Assembly: GCA_051546255.1 (NCBI GenBank)
Contig: CP128819.1
Location: 124,001 to 188,000, forward strand
Source: Meyerozyma guilliermondii
Taxonomy: Eukaryota
Length of the DNA stretch: 64,000 nucleotides
Direction of reading: 5' to 3'
Shown here: positions 1 through 11,200 of the stretch, piece by piece
Numbering within the stretch: the stretch's first letter is position 1
Layout of the letters: each line of letters begins with the position of its first letter
Position numbers and translations under genes: made by a program
Notes under the pieces: model-generated
Told to the model about the DNA's origin: nothing
Databases searched by the model: none
The model's input: the letters and a program-made list of their open reading frames with translations, nothing else

Positions 1-918
1 GAATTGGGTATAACTTCCGATGGGTTTTTCGAGTTGAAAAAACAGCCCAAATCGGTGGCTATTGTGGGTGCCGGATACATTGGTGTGGAGTTTTCGGGGT
101 TTTTCCTGGCTTTGGGCACTCAAACGTCGATGGTGATTCGTGGAGACACCGTTTTGAGAGCTTTTGACGAAGTTATTCAAAATACTATCACTGACCACTA
201 CGTTAACAAATTGGGTATCAATATGATCAAACAAAGCGGCAGTGTTTCCAAGATTGAAAAGCTCGAAAACGGACTCAAGAAAGTGTATTTGGGCAACGGA
301 ACCTCCCTCGAGGCAGAAGAAGTGTTGTGGACCATCGGAAGAAAATCTTTGGTCGATATTGGTTTGGACATTGTCGGTGTAAAAACCAACGAAAAGGGCC
401 AGGTGGTGGCAGACGAGTACCAGCAAACATCCAATCCCAAGATATTTTCGTTGGGAGATGTGGTTGGAAAAGTGGAATTGACTCCAGTGGCTATTGCTGC
501 GGGCCGTAGATTGAGCAACCGTTTGTTTTCTGGTAAACCAGAATTTGCCCATGCCAAATTGGATTATGAGAATATTCCTTCTGTGATCTTTTCACATCCT
601 GAAGCTGGTTCGATTGGATTGTCTTCCAAGGACGCAGAGAAGAAATATGGTAAGGAAAATATTAAGGTTTACCAATCCAAATTCACTTCGATGTACTATG
701 CCATGATGGACCAAGATCACAAGGATCCCACGGTGTACAAGATTGTTTGTGCGGGTAAAGACGAAAAGGTGGTGGGACTCCATCTTGTGGGAGATGCCAG
801 TTCTGAAATTTTACAAGGATTTGGAGTGGCTATTAAAATGGGAGCCACCAAGGCTGACTTTGACAATTGCGTAGCCATCCACCCCACCGCTGCCGAGGAG
901 TTGGTGACGATGACCTAG
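1..918 (+). CDS. GLR1: glutathione reductase (5'-truncated by window edge)
   Basis: Frame open from base 1. [16 protein letters not shown] (NADPH), GDV...[12 protein letters not shown] and C-terminal [12 protein letters not shown] motifs of glutathione reductase. Confidence 0.97.
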   Translation, partial: ELGITSDGFFELKKQPKSVAIVGAGYIGVEFSGFFLALGTQTSMVIRGDTVLRAFDEVIQNTITDHYVNKLGINMIKQSGSVSKIEKLENGLKKVYLGNGTSLEAEEVLWTIGRKSLVDIGLDIVGVKTNEKGQVVADEYQQTSNPKIFSLGDVVGKVELTPVAIAAGRRLSNRLFSGKPEFAHAKLDYENIPSVIFSHPEAGSIGLSSKDAEKKYGKENIKVYQSKFTSMYYAMMDQDHKDPTVYKIVCAGKDEKVVGLHLVGDASSEILQGFGVAIKMGATKADFDNCVAIHPTAAEELVTMT

Positions 919-1126
919 AGAGAATAGAGGCGGTTACTTATTATTTGCTATTGCTATTGATATTATCATTTGCTATCATCTTCATTCTTCTGCTATCTTG
1001 CTGTCATTACACTTTTTTCTGCTCATTTCATTACTATTTTCATTCTTTGCTATTTCTGATCGTCTATCTGCCTGCTACTTCCTGCTTCTATCGTACACTG
1101 TTTCTTTTCTCCTTTTCTCCTACTTT

Positions 1127-1447
1127 TCAATGCCGTGCTCGTTTTGGTGGGGGGCCACGAACAGGCGGCTTGGGTTTGTCTCCTGGCTTCATAAAGAACA
1201 TGGGCGCATTTCGCAAGATTTCCGGCACAGAAATGTATCGTATCATGGATCCACGCACAAAAACTTGGTTCATATGAGTGGTGGCTCCGGTGCGGCCCTT
1301 GGTGACTACTACATCGTAAAGTGAAAGATTCATGTTATCTTCATTTTCAAGGAGCTTGCCTCGGTATGTGTCTCCAGTGACAAGTTCCAACGATACAACG
1401 TGGCCCTGGGCTTCATTGAGAAGCTTGACGGGAATTCCTGCTGACAT
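1127..1447 (-). CDS. SMD3: snRNP core protein Sm D3
   Basis: MSAGIPVKLLNEAQGHVVSLEL...YRGKL...EDNMN...VFVRGSMIR...LRNAPMF. ATG at 1447; the track start at 1579 is not an ATG. Confidence 0.96.
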   Translation of the reverse strand: MSAGIPVKLLNEAQGHVVSLELVTGDTYRGKLLENEDNMNLSLYDVVVTKGRTGATTHMNQVFVRGSMIRYISVPEILRNAPMFFMKPGDKPKPPVRGPPPKRARH

Positions 1448-1514
1448 CAGTGGTGTTCGCAAGATGCCAAAAAGTGCATCTGGAAGTGATGAGAATCGTA
1501 GCGGGCAGGTGCGG

Positions 1515-1522
1515 CACGTGAC
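1515..1522. promoter_or_regulatory. Cbf1-type E-box (GTCACGTG) in the SMD3/HAP1-like divergent promoter
   Basis: CACGTGAC at 1515-1522 in a 158-bp divergent intergenic region; a degenerate copy TCACCTGAC follows. Confidence 0.6.
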
Positions 1523-1605
1523 CAGAATCACCTGACCACTGATAAATAAGCAGTAATCTGCTGCAATACTCTGTTGCAATACTCTGCTAACTTTAGCTTA
1601 TTTTA

Positions 1606-4197
1606 ATGACTGAGGCGAAGCGACGCAAAAGAGCGCCTCTCTCGTGTCTCCAGTGCAAGCGGAGAAAAGTAAAATGTGACAAGGACCGTCCGGCGTGTGG
1701 TGGCTGTGTCAAAAATGGCGTTGGTCATCTTTGTGAATTTGTAGATCCTCCTTGGCTGACGGGAACAGCCGAAGTTGTGGCCGAGAAAACAAGCGCCAAA
1801 CACCATGTGGAAGAAAATAATGGGGTGATAGAACGCCAGAGGATCGAAATTGACAAGTTGCGACGAGAAGTCAATGTGTTGAGACAGGTTTATTCCAGCA
1901 AATTGAAGTCGATGGAGTCAGATAGCGAGCAGATAACGGTTCTCCAGAAGCTCAGGAACATGAATCGAGAGCCTGATACCATTGAATTCGACACGGACTT
2001 TTCTTATACCCTCAAAACCCATACCAACAGCGAACCTCTCCACCTATTCTGCTGGGAAAATGTGATTAATTTAGACCCTAAATTGACCGATTTGTGGTTC
2101 AAGGTCAGCTCGATCCAAAGGGCGTACCACCAGTACAAGCAAGGTCGCGAAGCTGTTTCGAGTGTTCGAGAAGAAAACCGAAAAGAAAGTCAAGAAGAAA
2201 ACAGGAAAGAAGAACAAAATCAAGAACGAAGTCATAATAGAACCGGAGAAGATAGCAGATCCGGATCTACCAAAAAGCAAGAGTCTCCAAAGTCGGAACC
2301 AGATCTTGAATTGCCGGAATATTACTACGAATCGATTGAACTCTTGAAACGAACGCAACATGTTTGGCAAAAGATATTGAGTCTTTCGCTTCCCGACGAA
2401 AAGCTTACCTGTGCCCAGCTCACGTTCATTCTTGACTACTACTTTGACGGCTCGTATTCGTCTGTGAGTCGAGATCTCTTGTCGTTGTATGAGACTCGAG
2501 TTCGTGGACTTTACGGCGAAGGGTCGTATGGGATTCAGCTCAAAATCAACGACGTTCCGAGTGGAGAAGACGACGGTGCTAGGTACCATTTTTTCAGGTT
2601 TCTGCTCGTATACCTTTGCATGATGGGCATAATGGTGGAAGAAGTACTTGAGCATTTTCGACTGCAAGTTCAACAAAATCGATCAGCCGAAATCCAAGCT
2701 GTCAACAGCTACAAACAAGTGTTTTCCAATCGAGTTCTCACCCACTCAAACGGTCACAGCAGGGTAGTTTTCTGCACTTTGATTCTGAAAACTTTGGAAT
2801 ATATCCACACTCCCGTTGCCGAGAGTTCTTATGATCCGCTTCACCATGCATTTCCATTTTATTCATGCTGCTTGGCACTCTTGAACCGGATGTTTTTCCA
2901 GTTTTGTCCACGCTTCAACCACCTACAAACTGAGTTTCAATCGGTATTCAACATACTGGTTCTGGAGCTCATTTGCGAAGGAGAATTGCCGTTGTGGACC
3001 AACCCAAAACACATACATGCCCAGAAACCACACATTCCAGAAACCGCCGTGAATGCTTTCCGCTCAAACTTTGGACTTCTTTGGAGCGAAACCGTTCGCA
3101 TGTTCAATCTTCAAGCATTGCTGATACTTTTCTCCAAACCGGGCCACAAGCAACAGTCGCAATTGTTCAACATGATTTGGGATAAGATCCTGAACGATCC
3201 CGACCGAATATCCACGCCCGATGGTTTGGGGTTCTCGTTTGCAGCCAATATTCTCATCTGTCGAATAACTTCGTGTCTCTATGGAACCACGTTTGACAAC
3301 TCCAACAAGTATTTTGTTACAACAGCCAACATCTTTGGCTTGATCAACGAGTGCACCGCTCTCTTGGAGGACGAAAGACTTCATAAACTCGACTTTTGTC
3401 GTCGTTTTGAATATTGCACCATCATCCTGTTTCTTCGCTACTATCTCAACTACATCAATATCTTGCAAGGAGAAGAGTGTACCAACTACAAAGTAACTGA
3501 ATTTGCAGAAATTGGCATTGTTCAAAATGCCGTCGAGTGTTTGCAACATCTCGCCAAATGCATCAGAACTGGTAATGGTATTTTCGTTGTCTATTTAACA
3601 TCGGAAATTCTTCCCTACGTCATCCAGTTCAACATTGGCACCATCATACGGCTCGAAAACAAAGACCAAGACTCCGTCACAAGAATTACAAAAGAAACTG
3701 CCAAAGTTATTCAGACCTTAACATCGTGCGATCCAGCAGACTATTGCAAATACAAAAGATACACCAAAATATGGGACTTTTTCCAGTCCTACGTTCGAAC
3801 CACAAAAATGTTGTCGCCTGAGGGCTACGCTACGTTACATGCTCGGGTTCCTGGAATGCATCCAGTATCTTGTCCGGTGTTGCTGGGCGATCCGACACAG
3901 CCAAAACCAGATCCCAAAGGACCCCATGGATCATGTCCAATTTCCGGGATATGCAACTTGGAAACCGAACTGATATCCAAAAAGTCAGAAACCACCAAAA
4001 TCTGTCCAATTGACCATAGTAATTTTTCCAGAGGAGTTAAAAATCTCGGCTCCTACTTGAATCTGCCTAAGCCACTCACACCACCCATTTTTCCTGCCCT
4101 CACCCCTGTTGGGTCATACACACCAGCAGAAGATATCGACTGGTCCAACTTTGAACACTTTGATCTAGACATTCTTCCCCAGCTTTCGTTCATGTGA
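1606..4197 (+). CDS. HAP1: Hap1-like Zn2Cys6 transcription factor with C-terminal CP heme-regulatory motifs
   Basis: RKRAPLSCLQCKRRKVKCDKDRPACGGCVKNGVGHLC resembles the S. cerevisiae Hap1 DNA-binding domain. SCPV, SCPI and KICPIDH lie near the C-terminus. The GLR1-SMD3 neighbourhood matches C. albicans ZCF20/HAP1 as I recall it. Confidence 0.75.
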   Translation: MTEAKRRKRAPLSCLQCKRRKVKCDKDRPACGGCVKNGVGHLCEFVDPPWLTGTAEVVAEKTSAKHHVEENNGVIERQRIEIDKLRREVNVLRQVYSSKLKSMESDSEQITVLQKLRNMNREPDTIEFDTDFSYTLKTHTNSEPLHLFCWENVINLDPKLTDLWFKVSSIQRAYHQYKQGREAVSSVREENRKESQEENRKEEQNQERSHNRTGEDSRSGSTKKQESPKSEPDLELPEYYYESIELLKRTQHVWQKILSLSLPDEKLTCAQLTFILDYYFDGSYSSVSRDLLSLYETRVRGLYGEGSYGIQLKINDVPSGEDDGARYHFFRFLLVYLCMMGIMVEEVLEHFRLQVQQNRSAEIQAVNSYKQVFSNRVLTHSNGHSRVVFCTLILKTLEYIHTPVAESSYDPLHHAFPFYSCCLALLNRMFFQFCPRFNHLQTEFQSVFNILVLELICEGELPLWTNPKHIHAQKPHIPETAVNAFRSNFGLLWSETVRMFNLQALLILFSKPGHKQQSQLFNMIWDKILNDPDRISTPDGLGFSFAANILICRITSCLYGTTFDNSNKYFVTTANIFGLINECTALLEDERLHKLDFCRRFEYCTIILFLRYYLNYINILQGEECTNYKVTEFAEIGIVQNAVECLQHLAKCIRTGNGIFVVYLTSEILPYVIQFNIGTIIRLENKDQDSVTRITKETAKVIQTLTSCDPADYCKYKRYTKIWDFFQSYVRTTKMLSPEGYATLHARVPGMHPVSCPVLLGDPTQPKPDPKGPHGSCPISGICNLETELISKKSETTKICPIDHSNFSRGVKNLGSYLNLPKPLTPPIFPALTPVGSYTPAEDIDWSNFEHFDLDILPQLSFM

Positions 4198-4276
4198 AGT
4201 ACCCTATACGAGCCGTCCTGCATCCAGCGCGTCAGTCTCAGCAAGATTCAGGTTGGTGATTTTCACGGGCTTGCTA

Positions 4277-6040
4277 ATGATACGAACTACAGTTTTGAGG
4301 AACCCCTTCCGGTGGAGGACTCTGTGCACAAATTTGTTTCTTCGGTACCAGTCACATACTACTCGCGGACAACCAAAGGTTGAAAACCGGAATTCCCAGA
4401 TAAATTTTGAACATTTTCAATCGCATAATTCAAATGAAAAAAGATCAAAATGGACTTATAAGCGGCTTTTTCTCGTTGGAGGCACCGCTGGTCTCACTGT
4501 TGGATTGCTAACCTCAGACTCAGTGTACGAAAATACCAAACATACCATTCTCACAGCCAAAAGAGTCGGGGTTGTTGCCGAGGCAACTTTCCGATGTTTC
4601 AGATTATACAAAAACACTCTTTCCAAGGAATACGATACTCCACAGGACCGCAACAAGGCGCTTGCAAAGACACACAAGGACGCCGCTACCATAACTTTGC
4701 GTGCTCTAGAGAGAAATGGTGGAATCTACATCAAGTTGGGACAACATATCACCGCACTCACCTACCTTCTTCCACGAGAATGGACAGATACCATGATCCC
4801 ATTGCAAGACAAATGCCCTCAGCTGTCTATGGAGGAAATCAACAGCATGTTTTTGCTGGATCTTGGAGTATCTGTGAATGATCTATTCAGCGAATTCAAT
4901 CCAGAACCAATTGGAGTAGCTTCGTTGGCCCAGGTACATTTAGCCCGACTTCGTGAAACAGGCGAGCAGGTTGCCGTGAAAGTACAACATCCGTCTCTTG
5001 CTGAATTTGTGCCTCTTGATGTTTACTTGACCACTCGTGTGTTTGAGCTTATGCGGAAAGTTTTCCCGGAATATCCATTGACCTGGCTTGGAGATGAGCT
5101 TCGGAACCTGATTTTCGTAGAGTTGAATTTCGAGAACGAAGCAGAAAACGCTGAAAGAACAGCCAATTATTTCAAGGACTACAAACAGAAAACCGCACTT
5201 CGTATTCCTCGGATTGTCACCGCACACAAGCGTATTCTAGTAATGGAATGTGTTTCAGGTGCTCGTCTCGACGACTTGAAGTACATGGAACAGCATAAAA
5301 TCAGCACTGCCGAGGTATCGTCTTGTCTTTCACATATTTTCAGCGACATGATTTTCACGCCCAATGTGGGACTCCACTGTGACCCACATGGAGGAAATTT
5401 GGCCATTAGGGCCCTTGATCACAAGTCAAATGGCCACAATTTCGAGATCATTTTGTATGACCATGGCTTATACCGCCAGATTCCATTGCAAATGAAGCGA
5501 GACTACTCCCATTTCTGGCTTTCTGTGATCGACAACAATGTCGAGGAAATGAAAAAATACGCCGACAAGATTGCTGGAATCAGAGGAGATCAGCGGTTCA
5601 AGATTTTTCTCGCTGCTATAACTGGTCGCGATCCAGAAACCGCTCTCAGCAACTCTGTGGTTTCCCAAAGGAGCCACGACGAAGTCACTAATATCCAGCG
5701 TCGAATCCAGGAAGAAGATGGAGTACTTGAAGATTTAATGGACATTTTAAGTACCATGCCTCGAATTATACTTTTGATTCTCAAGACCAATGACCTCACC
5801 AGAGCGCTTGACGAGAACTTGAACAACCCATTGGGGCCCGAAAGAACCTTTTTGATCCTCGCCAACTATTGCGCCCGGTGCGTTTACGACGAGCAGGTTG
5901 AAAATCTCAAAAAAACCTACTCGACATTTTCATTAAACTGGATTATGGCGTCGGCCAAATGTTGGTTTCAGTTCCAAAAGAGACGGAGCTCGCTCTGGAT
6001 CTACGACTGGGTGATGCTTTTCCGCAATTGGACGCTGTAA
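4277..6040 (+). CDS. CQD2: mitochondrial ABC1/UbiB (ADCK) atypical kinase, Cqd2/Mcp2-like
   Basis: NGGIYIKLGQH, PIGVASLAQVH, VAVKVQHP, HCDPHGGN, LYDHGLY; Arg-rich N-terminal presequence; first ATG 4277. Confidence 0.85.
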   Translation: MIRTTVLRNPFRWRTLCTNLFLRYQSHTTRGQPKVENRNSQINFEHFQSHNSNEKRSKWTYKRLFLVGGTAGLTVGLLTSDSVYENTKHTILTAKRVGVVAEATFRCFRLYKNTLSKEYDTPQDRNKALAKTHKDAATITLRALERNGGIYIKLGQHITALTYLLPREWTDTMIPLQDKCPQLSMEEINSMFLLDLGVSVNDLFSEFNPEPIGVASLAQVHLARLRETGEQVAVKVQHPSLAEFVPLDVYLTTRVFELMRKVFPEYPLTWLGDELRNLIFVELNFENEAENAERTANYFKDYKQKTALRIPRIVTAHKRILVMECVSGARLDDLKYMEQHKISTAEVSSCLSHIFSDMIFTPNVGLHCDPHGGNLAIRALDHKSNGHNFEIILYDHGLYRQIPLQMKRDYSHFWLSVIDNNVEEMKKYADKIAGIRGDQRFKIFLAAITGRDPETALSNSVVSQRSHDEVTNIQRRIQEEDGVLEDLMDILSTMPRIILLILKTNDLTRALDENLNNPLGPERTFLILANYCARCVYDEQVENLKKTYSTFSLNWIMASAKCWFQFQKRRSSLWIYDWVMLFRNWTL

Positions 6041-6119
6041 TGTACATGTATATATGCTAATAGAGTGCGAGAATGCTCGTAAAATGGACTAAAATGTAAA
6101 TGAGAAAAGCTTAACTTTC

Positions 6120-6548
6120 TTAATTTTTTCTGCTTTCCTTGATCTTGTCCAACAAACTGTTGATTCTAGGACCCATTAATGGTTGTCCCGTGCGGGTCTT
6201 TTGGGCTAAAACCGCCTTTTGGGCTTCACGATCTTTCTTTTTCTTCTCTGCATTTTCTCGCTGCTCCCGAATATTCTGCAACTTCTCCTTTCGTTGGCGC
6301 TCTTTGCGCTCCTTGGCGATCTTGGAACGCTCGGCAAAGTTGAGTTTTGGCTTGTCCTTTGCTTCAAAAGACGAATTTTCAGATTTGCGTCCGTCAACCG
6401 GAGCGGAACCGGGGTCCTCTTTTTCGATCATTTTGAAGTATTTCTTACGCAAATGCGCTCTGTGGGTCAACAGCCGCGAGATCTCGCGCGACTTGGACTC
6501 CTTTCTGTTTTTCCATGGGTTTACTCGTGCATCTCTGGGGCCAGCCAT
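6120..6548 (-). CDS. FYV7: rRNA-processing protein Fyv7
   Basis: Small Lys/Arg/Glu-rich protein ending KTRTGQPLMGPRINSLLDKIK; ATG at 6548; PAC element upstream. Confidence 0.88.
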   Translation of the reverse strand: MAGPRDARVNPWKNRKESKSREISRLLTHRAHLRKKYFKMIEKEDPGSAPVDGRKSENSSFEAKDKPKLNFAERSKIAKERKERQRKEKLQNIREQRENAEKKKKDREAQKAVLAQKTRTGQPLMGPRINSLLDKIKESRKN

Positions 6549-6570
6549 GTCGATGGATGAGGTAGCTGAT

Positions 6571-6588
6571 GCGATGAGATGAAAATCT
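6571..6588. promoter_or_regulatory. PAC element (GCGATGAG) with adjacent RRPE-like TGAAAAT upstream of FYV7
   Basis: GCGATGAGATGAAAATCT about 22 bp upstream of the FYV7 ATG; typical ribosome-biogenesis promoter motifs. Confidence 0.7.
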
Positions 6589-6709
6589 GGGGCATTTCTC
6601 GGTAAGCAATAGCAGAATCTTACGTCAGCGACAATACCTAACTGTCGCGAACCCTTCGATATCAAGTAACAGACCCTTTGGTGACCTTTCATGACATCCG
6701 GTCTTTTCC

Positions 6710-8236
6710 ATGTCAAAGCACACGTACACACCGCTCCCGCCGACCCACAATGGTGAACTGGTGACCAGCACTGAACCAGAAGCTCCAGATCAGGCCCATG
6801 CACCAGATTTTTCATTTCGTCGAAATCTGGATTCATTTGAAATTGCCGACGAAATCGGAAATGAGTTCCAAAGTCTAGAGATCGAGGATTTGGAGTCGGA
6901 GCCGGAGCTCATGAACTACAACATAACGGAAAATGAGGGCAAGTCGTCGATGAAAATGGCATTTATGAATATGGCCAACTCCATTTTGGGAGCAGGCATA
7001 ATTGGCCAGGCATTTGCATTTAAAAACAGCGGACTTATAGGCGGACTCATCGTGTTGGCGCTCTTGACGGTGCTCATCGATTGGACACTTCGGCTCATTG
7101 TAATCAATGCTCAGAAGTCCAATACCAGGTCTTATCAGGACACAGTTCATTACTGTTTCGGCCGTTGGGGTCGGGTTTTGTTACTTTTTTCGATCAGTTC
7201 CTTTGCATACGGGGGTTGTATGGCGTTCTGTGTCATTATAGGCGACACAATACCGCATGTTCTCAAGGCATTCACTCTGGAAACCATTCTTAAATCACCC
7301 ATTGGCTGGCTATTTGCCAGAAATACCATCATCATAGTGTTCACAACGTGCATTTCTTACCCACTTTCGCTCAACAGAGACATATCCAAGCTTGCAAAGG
7401 CGTCAGGATTTGCTCTTGTGGGAATGCTCATCATCGTATTGTTGACTCTCATCAGAGGACCGTTTGTCGATAAGTCGCTTCGAGCTCCTCTTACAAAGGC
7501 AGAATGGACAGTCAACTATAACATATTCCAAGGAATCTCGGTGATCTCCTTTGCTCTTGTGTGCCACCATAACACAGTTTTTATCTACAACTCACTAAGA
7601 AATGCTACCGTCGATAGGTTTTCCAAACTCACTCACATTGCTTGTGGCATCTCCATGATATGCTGTTTGGTCATGGCCGTGAATGGTCTTCTTAACTTTG
7701 GCGACAATACCAAGGGAAATCTCTTGAACAACTTCAAAAGTGACGATAATTGGATCAACGTTGCTCGCTTCTGTTTCGGGCTCAATATGCTCACAACCTT
7801 TCCTTTGGAGCTTTTTGTCGTCCGTGATGTTCTCAAAGATATTATTTTGGCCAGCAGAGGCTCTGAAGACGGCAGCACTGCCCACCTTGAACTCTCGTCA
7901 AAACAGCATTTTTTCATTACTACATTTTTAGTATTCTCATCCATGGCGGTTTCGCTTTTCACCTGCAATCTTGGAATAATCTTGGAATTGATAGGTGCTA
8001 CGTCTGCTTCACTTATGGCTTATATCATTCCTCCAATGTGCTACCTTCGTCTTTCTTGGATCGAGTTTGACTTCAAGACAGCCACCCCAAAAGAACGTAA
8101 AAGTTTCATATGGAAAAAGGTTGTGCCCAGCATAGCATGTGCCTTGTTTGGGTTCAGCGTAATGTTCATTAGCTCCTTCATGAGTATCAGAACGTCCATG
8201 AGCGCTGAAGGCGGAGACCACTGCGTGGACGCCTAA
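6710..8236 (+). CDS. AVT2: vacuolar/ER amino acid transporter (AAAP family)
   Basis: SSMKMAFMNMANSILGAGIIG, VIIGDTIPHV, SFALVCHHNT; multiple transmembrane segments. Confidence 0.88.
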   Translation: MSKHTYTPLPPTHNGELVTSTEPEAPDQAHAPDFSFRRNLDSFEIADEIGNEFQSLEIEDLESEPELMNYNITENEGKSSMKMAFMNMANSILGAGIIGQAFAFKNSGLIGGLIVLALLTVLIDWTLRLIVINAQKSNTRSYQDTVHYCFGRWGRVLLLFSISSFAYGGCMAFCVIIGDTIPHVLKAFTLETILKSPIGWLFARNTIIIVFTTCISYPLSLNRDISKLAKASGFALVGMLIIVLLTLIRGPFVDKSLRAPLTKAEWTVNYNIFQGISVISFALVCHHNTVFIYNSLRNATVDRFSKLTHIACGISMICCLVMAVNGLLNFGDNTKGNLLNNFKSDDNWINVARFCFGLNMLTTFPLELFVVRDVLKDIILASRGSEDGSTAHLELSSKQHFFITTFLVFSSMAVSLFTCNLGIILELIGATSASLMAYIIPPMCYLRLSWIEFDFKTATPKERKSFIWKKVVPSIACALFGFSVMFISSFMSIRTSMSAEGGDHCVDA

Positions 8237-8268
8237 TGCAAAATTATTTATGAATATGAATAGATACG

Positions 8269-11200
8269 TCATTCTTCGTCGCTATCGTCGATAACTCTTC
8301 TCTTCTTTCTGGCGGGAAGCTCTTCGTCCGCACTCAAAAACTCCTCGCTGCTGCTTTCTTGTGTGCTTTCCACCGAGGGACCATCTTCAACAACTTGGGA
8401 GAGCGATTGCGACTGCAATTCTGAATCAATTTGAGGTTGTGAATCAATTTGAGGTTGAGAATCAACTTGGGATTGAGAGGCAAGCGGAAGTGAACTTTGA
8501 CTCGCACCCGTTTGTAGACCTAGTGTGCTGAGAACATTGTCCACGGCTTCTCCGCCAACTATCTTTCCCCAGGCCCTCTTAAACTCTTCCAATTGCTGCG
8601 GGTTGACGATACCACCCGACTCAGTAAGCATGCGACGCAATTTTTCTTCCCTTTCGAAAAACGCTCTAGCATCTTCGTTGTCTGATTCATCGTCAGAATC
8701 ATGAACATATTCTCCTGATTTTAGAGGCTTATCTTCTTCGTCGTCAGAATGAACTCCCAAATTCCTTGGTTTGCGATGTGTACTGGAAGGTTTTGACCTA
8801 TGCTTTGTGTCCAGTATCTTACCTTTAGGTCTACGCTTTTTCCTGGCCACACCCTTCACCCCATTCAGACTGGAAATCCTTGCTTCCAACTCTTCCAAAT
8901 TATCAAGAGCTTCCAAATCCTCTCTGTATCTGTTTGTTGGGGCTGTCTCGAACGCAATCTCGTCTTCATTTTCGTCATAGCCAATATTGAACTCACCATC
9001 ATTGGCGTCATCTCGTACGCGAAGGTAATGCGACGCATCCTTATCTTCATCAAATGCCACAGGTTGAACACTTAACCATTTTTTGATGTACTCAAGACTT
9101 TGAGTCAATTCTGATGTGCCAACGGTACAGGTACACTCGTCAGAAGAAGATTCCGGTACAACAAAGCCAACATTTTCCAACAAGAATCGAACGGTTGCGT
9201 TTTCGAGAACTAGTGGTTCGTATTCACCTTGAACTTGAAGCTTAATTGTTGATGCTTCAGAATCCTTCTCTGCAATTTCTACAATTCGAGACAACTCTTC
9301 AATAAGCCAGGAGAGAAACTTCTCGTTGTCTTCAAAGTATATCGCCGAGACTAGAATCTTATACTTTTCATCCTCTGAAAAGTTCGAACGAGTGAATTCA
9401 AGCTCCTTGGCATAACGAATTTCACGCTCCTTGGCTTTCTTGATGGGTTTCTCAACAACTTCTCCCAAGGACAAATAAGTCCTGAGTGACTCATCTTCCA
9501 TCCGTGGAAACAAAAGTTCCACTGGATTTGGGAAACGACGGAAAAGATTTTTGAATCGCTTCATAAAATGAAATGTGAACTCTTCGACATGATTTCTGAT
9601 ATTAGACTTGCGTGGTAAAAAGTCCCTTAAAGAGTTCAAAACATGAAGAAAGTCTAAACGGAAGAGGCCCAGGTAGTCCTTTCGGACAATAAACAAGCGG
9701 TGGAAGTACACCAAACATTGCTTGATCTGCTCGTGGGTGAGGTCTTCATAGCGAGACAAAAAGTCGATGTGTGCTGTGACTATAGATGATTGAAAAAACT
9801 TCATTTCAGTTTTGTTGAAGTCGAACTTTCTTTCACGAGACACTTGTTTAACTGTTTCTTCATCGATCTCCTCGTCAGATCCTTCTATAATATCTTTCAA
9901 CTCTAGAGAATCCACATTTTTGAAATTCTTTGCGTTTCTCCTTTGCTTACGCTTTGACTGAACATATAACTTGATGTCTTCCTTTGAAAAATTCTCGAAT
10001 GATTTCAAAAGAATGTAGACAACAGAAACACAAACACTCAAATACTCTGGTGAATGCTTGGAAGCTGACTGTGGAATATGAGTGATCAAGTTGACAAATT
10101 GTTCCAAAGAAAACAATTTACGAATGATTCCCTCTGCCATATCTCGATCCTCCTCATCTTGCTCCGAATTAGTATCCTTGTGCTTTGACTCGAAAACAGA
10201 ATTTGATATGAGCAACATTTCCCTAAAGCATATCATCGCCACATGGAGAGAGTCCCAGTAATGTCTTTCGAAGGACTCACGAACATAACCGATAATGAGC
10301 ACAAAGTTGACTTCACTTAATCCTGCCGCTACGGAGCCGTAATCCAACGTATCCTCGTTCTCGTTGAGAATTCTGTTTTTGAGAATCTCTATTCGGGCCC
10401 TTTTATAGGCAAAAAACCATGCTGTAGTCAAAAAATATGATGCTTTTTCGTACTCGTTTATGTATGAAAGATCCAGTGCGCCAGAGAATATCCACCCCAC
10501 ACTAGACATCAACGAGTTGAAACAACCTCCGACAAGAAATTCGTTTATAAACTCCTTTAGAAGCAGTATAGTGGTAGACGTAATGAAATTTGGTGTCGTA
10601 TTGACAAACGCATCGGAGTCGTATTTGAAATGCTTTCTATCGTTCCATTTCTTTGACTTGTCAAGTTGCGCAAAAGTTTGATTAGCACTTGACAATGCTT
10701 CCTGTCCAGATACCACGTAGGAGCTATTTTCACCTTGAAGAGAAAGTAGAGTGCCAAACCGGCCATGGCGTGTGGAGATGTTTTGAGATTGAACTTTTTT
10801 ACGGCGCTTTTCCTCTTTCAAGAGGTCTTGAAGCGCCATGTCGGACGTGGAACTGAGGGTGGGCAAATTGTTACCATTAGCATCGTTAGTTTCAGGAACA
10901 GGACGGACGTTGTCGACAAGATCACGAGCCTCTACCCCGCGTACTATGAGAAAGATGCATTCAAGGCAGCACGGCGCAAAGGTTTCACGGTCAAAATCCA
11001 GGCCCAACGAGCCACACATTGTTAGCAAGAACAAGAGGACCTTATTGCGTTTGAAGCAAGAGAGCACGGTATTGATGGAAACGTCGTCGTAGCGCATGTT
11101 GGCTGGCAAATTGTCGATTTCCATCATTGTTTTCCTTAACTTGGACAGAGTGGACAACGACGGTGGTTCAATGTAGAGCATGTTACGAATGAAGAAAAGC

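Noticed and set aside
930..1126. Hydrophobic ORFs in pyrimidine-rich tracts (also 33025-33300, 35261-35400)
   Set aside because: Low-complexity T/C-rich terminator or UTR DNA that yields spurious F/L/S-rich frames.
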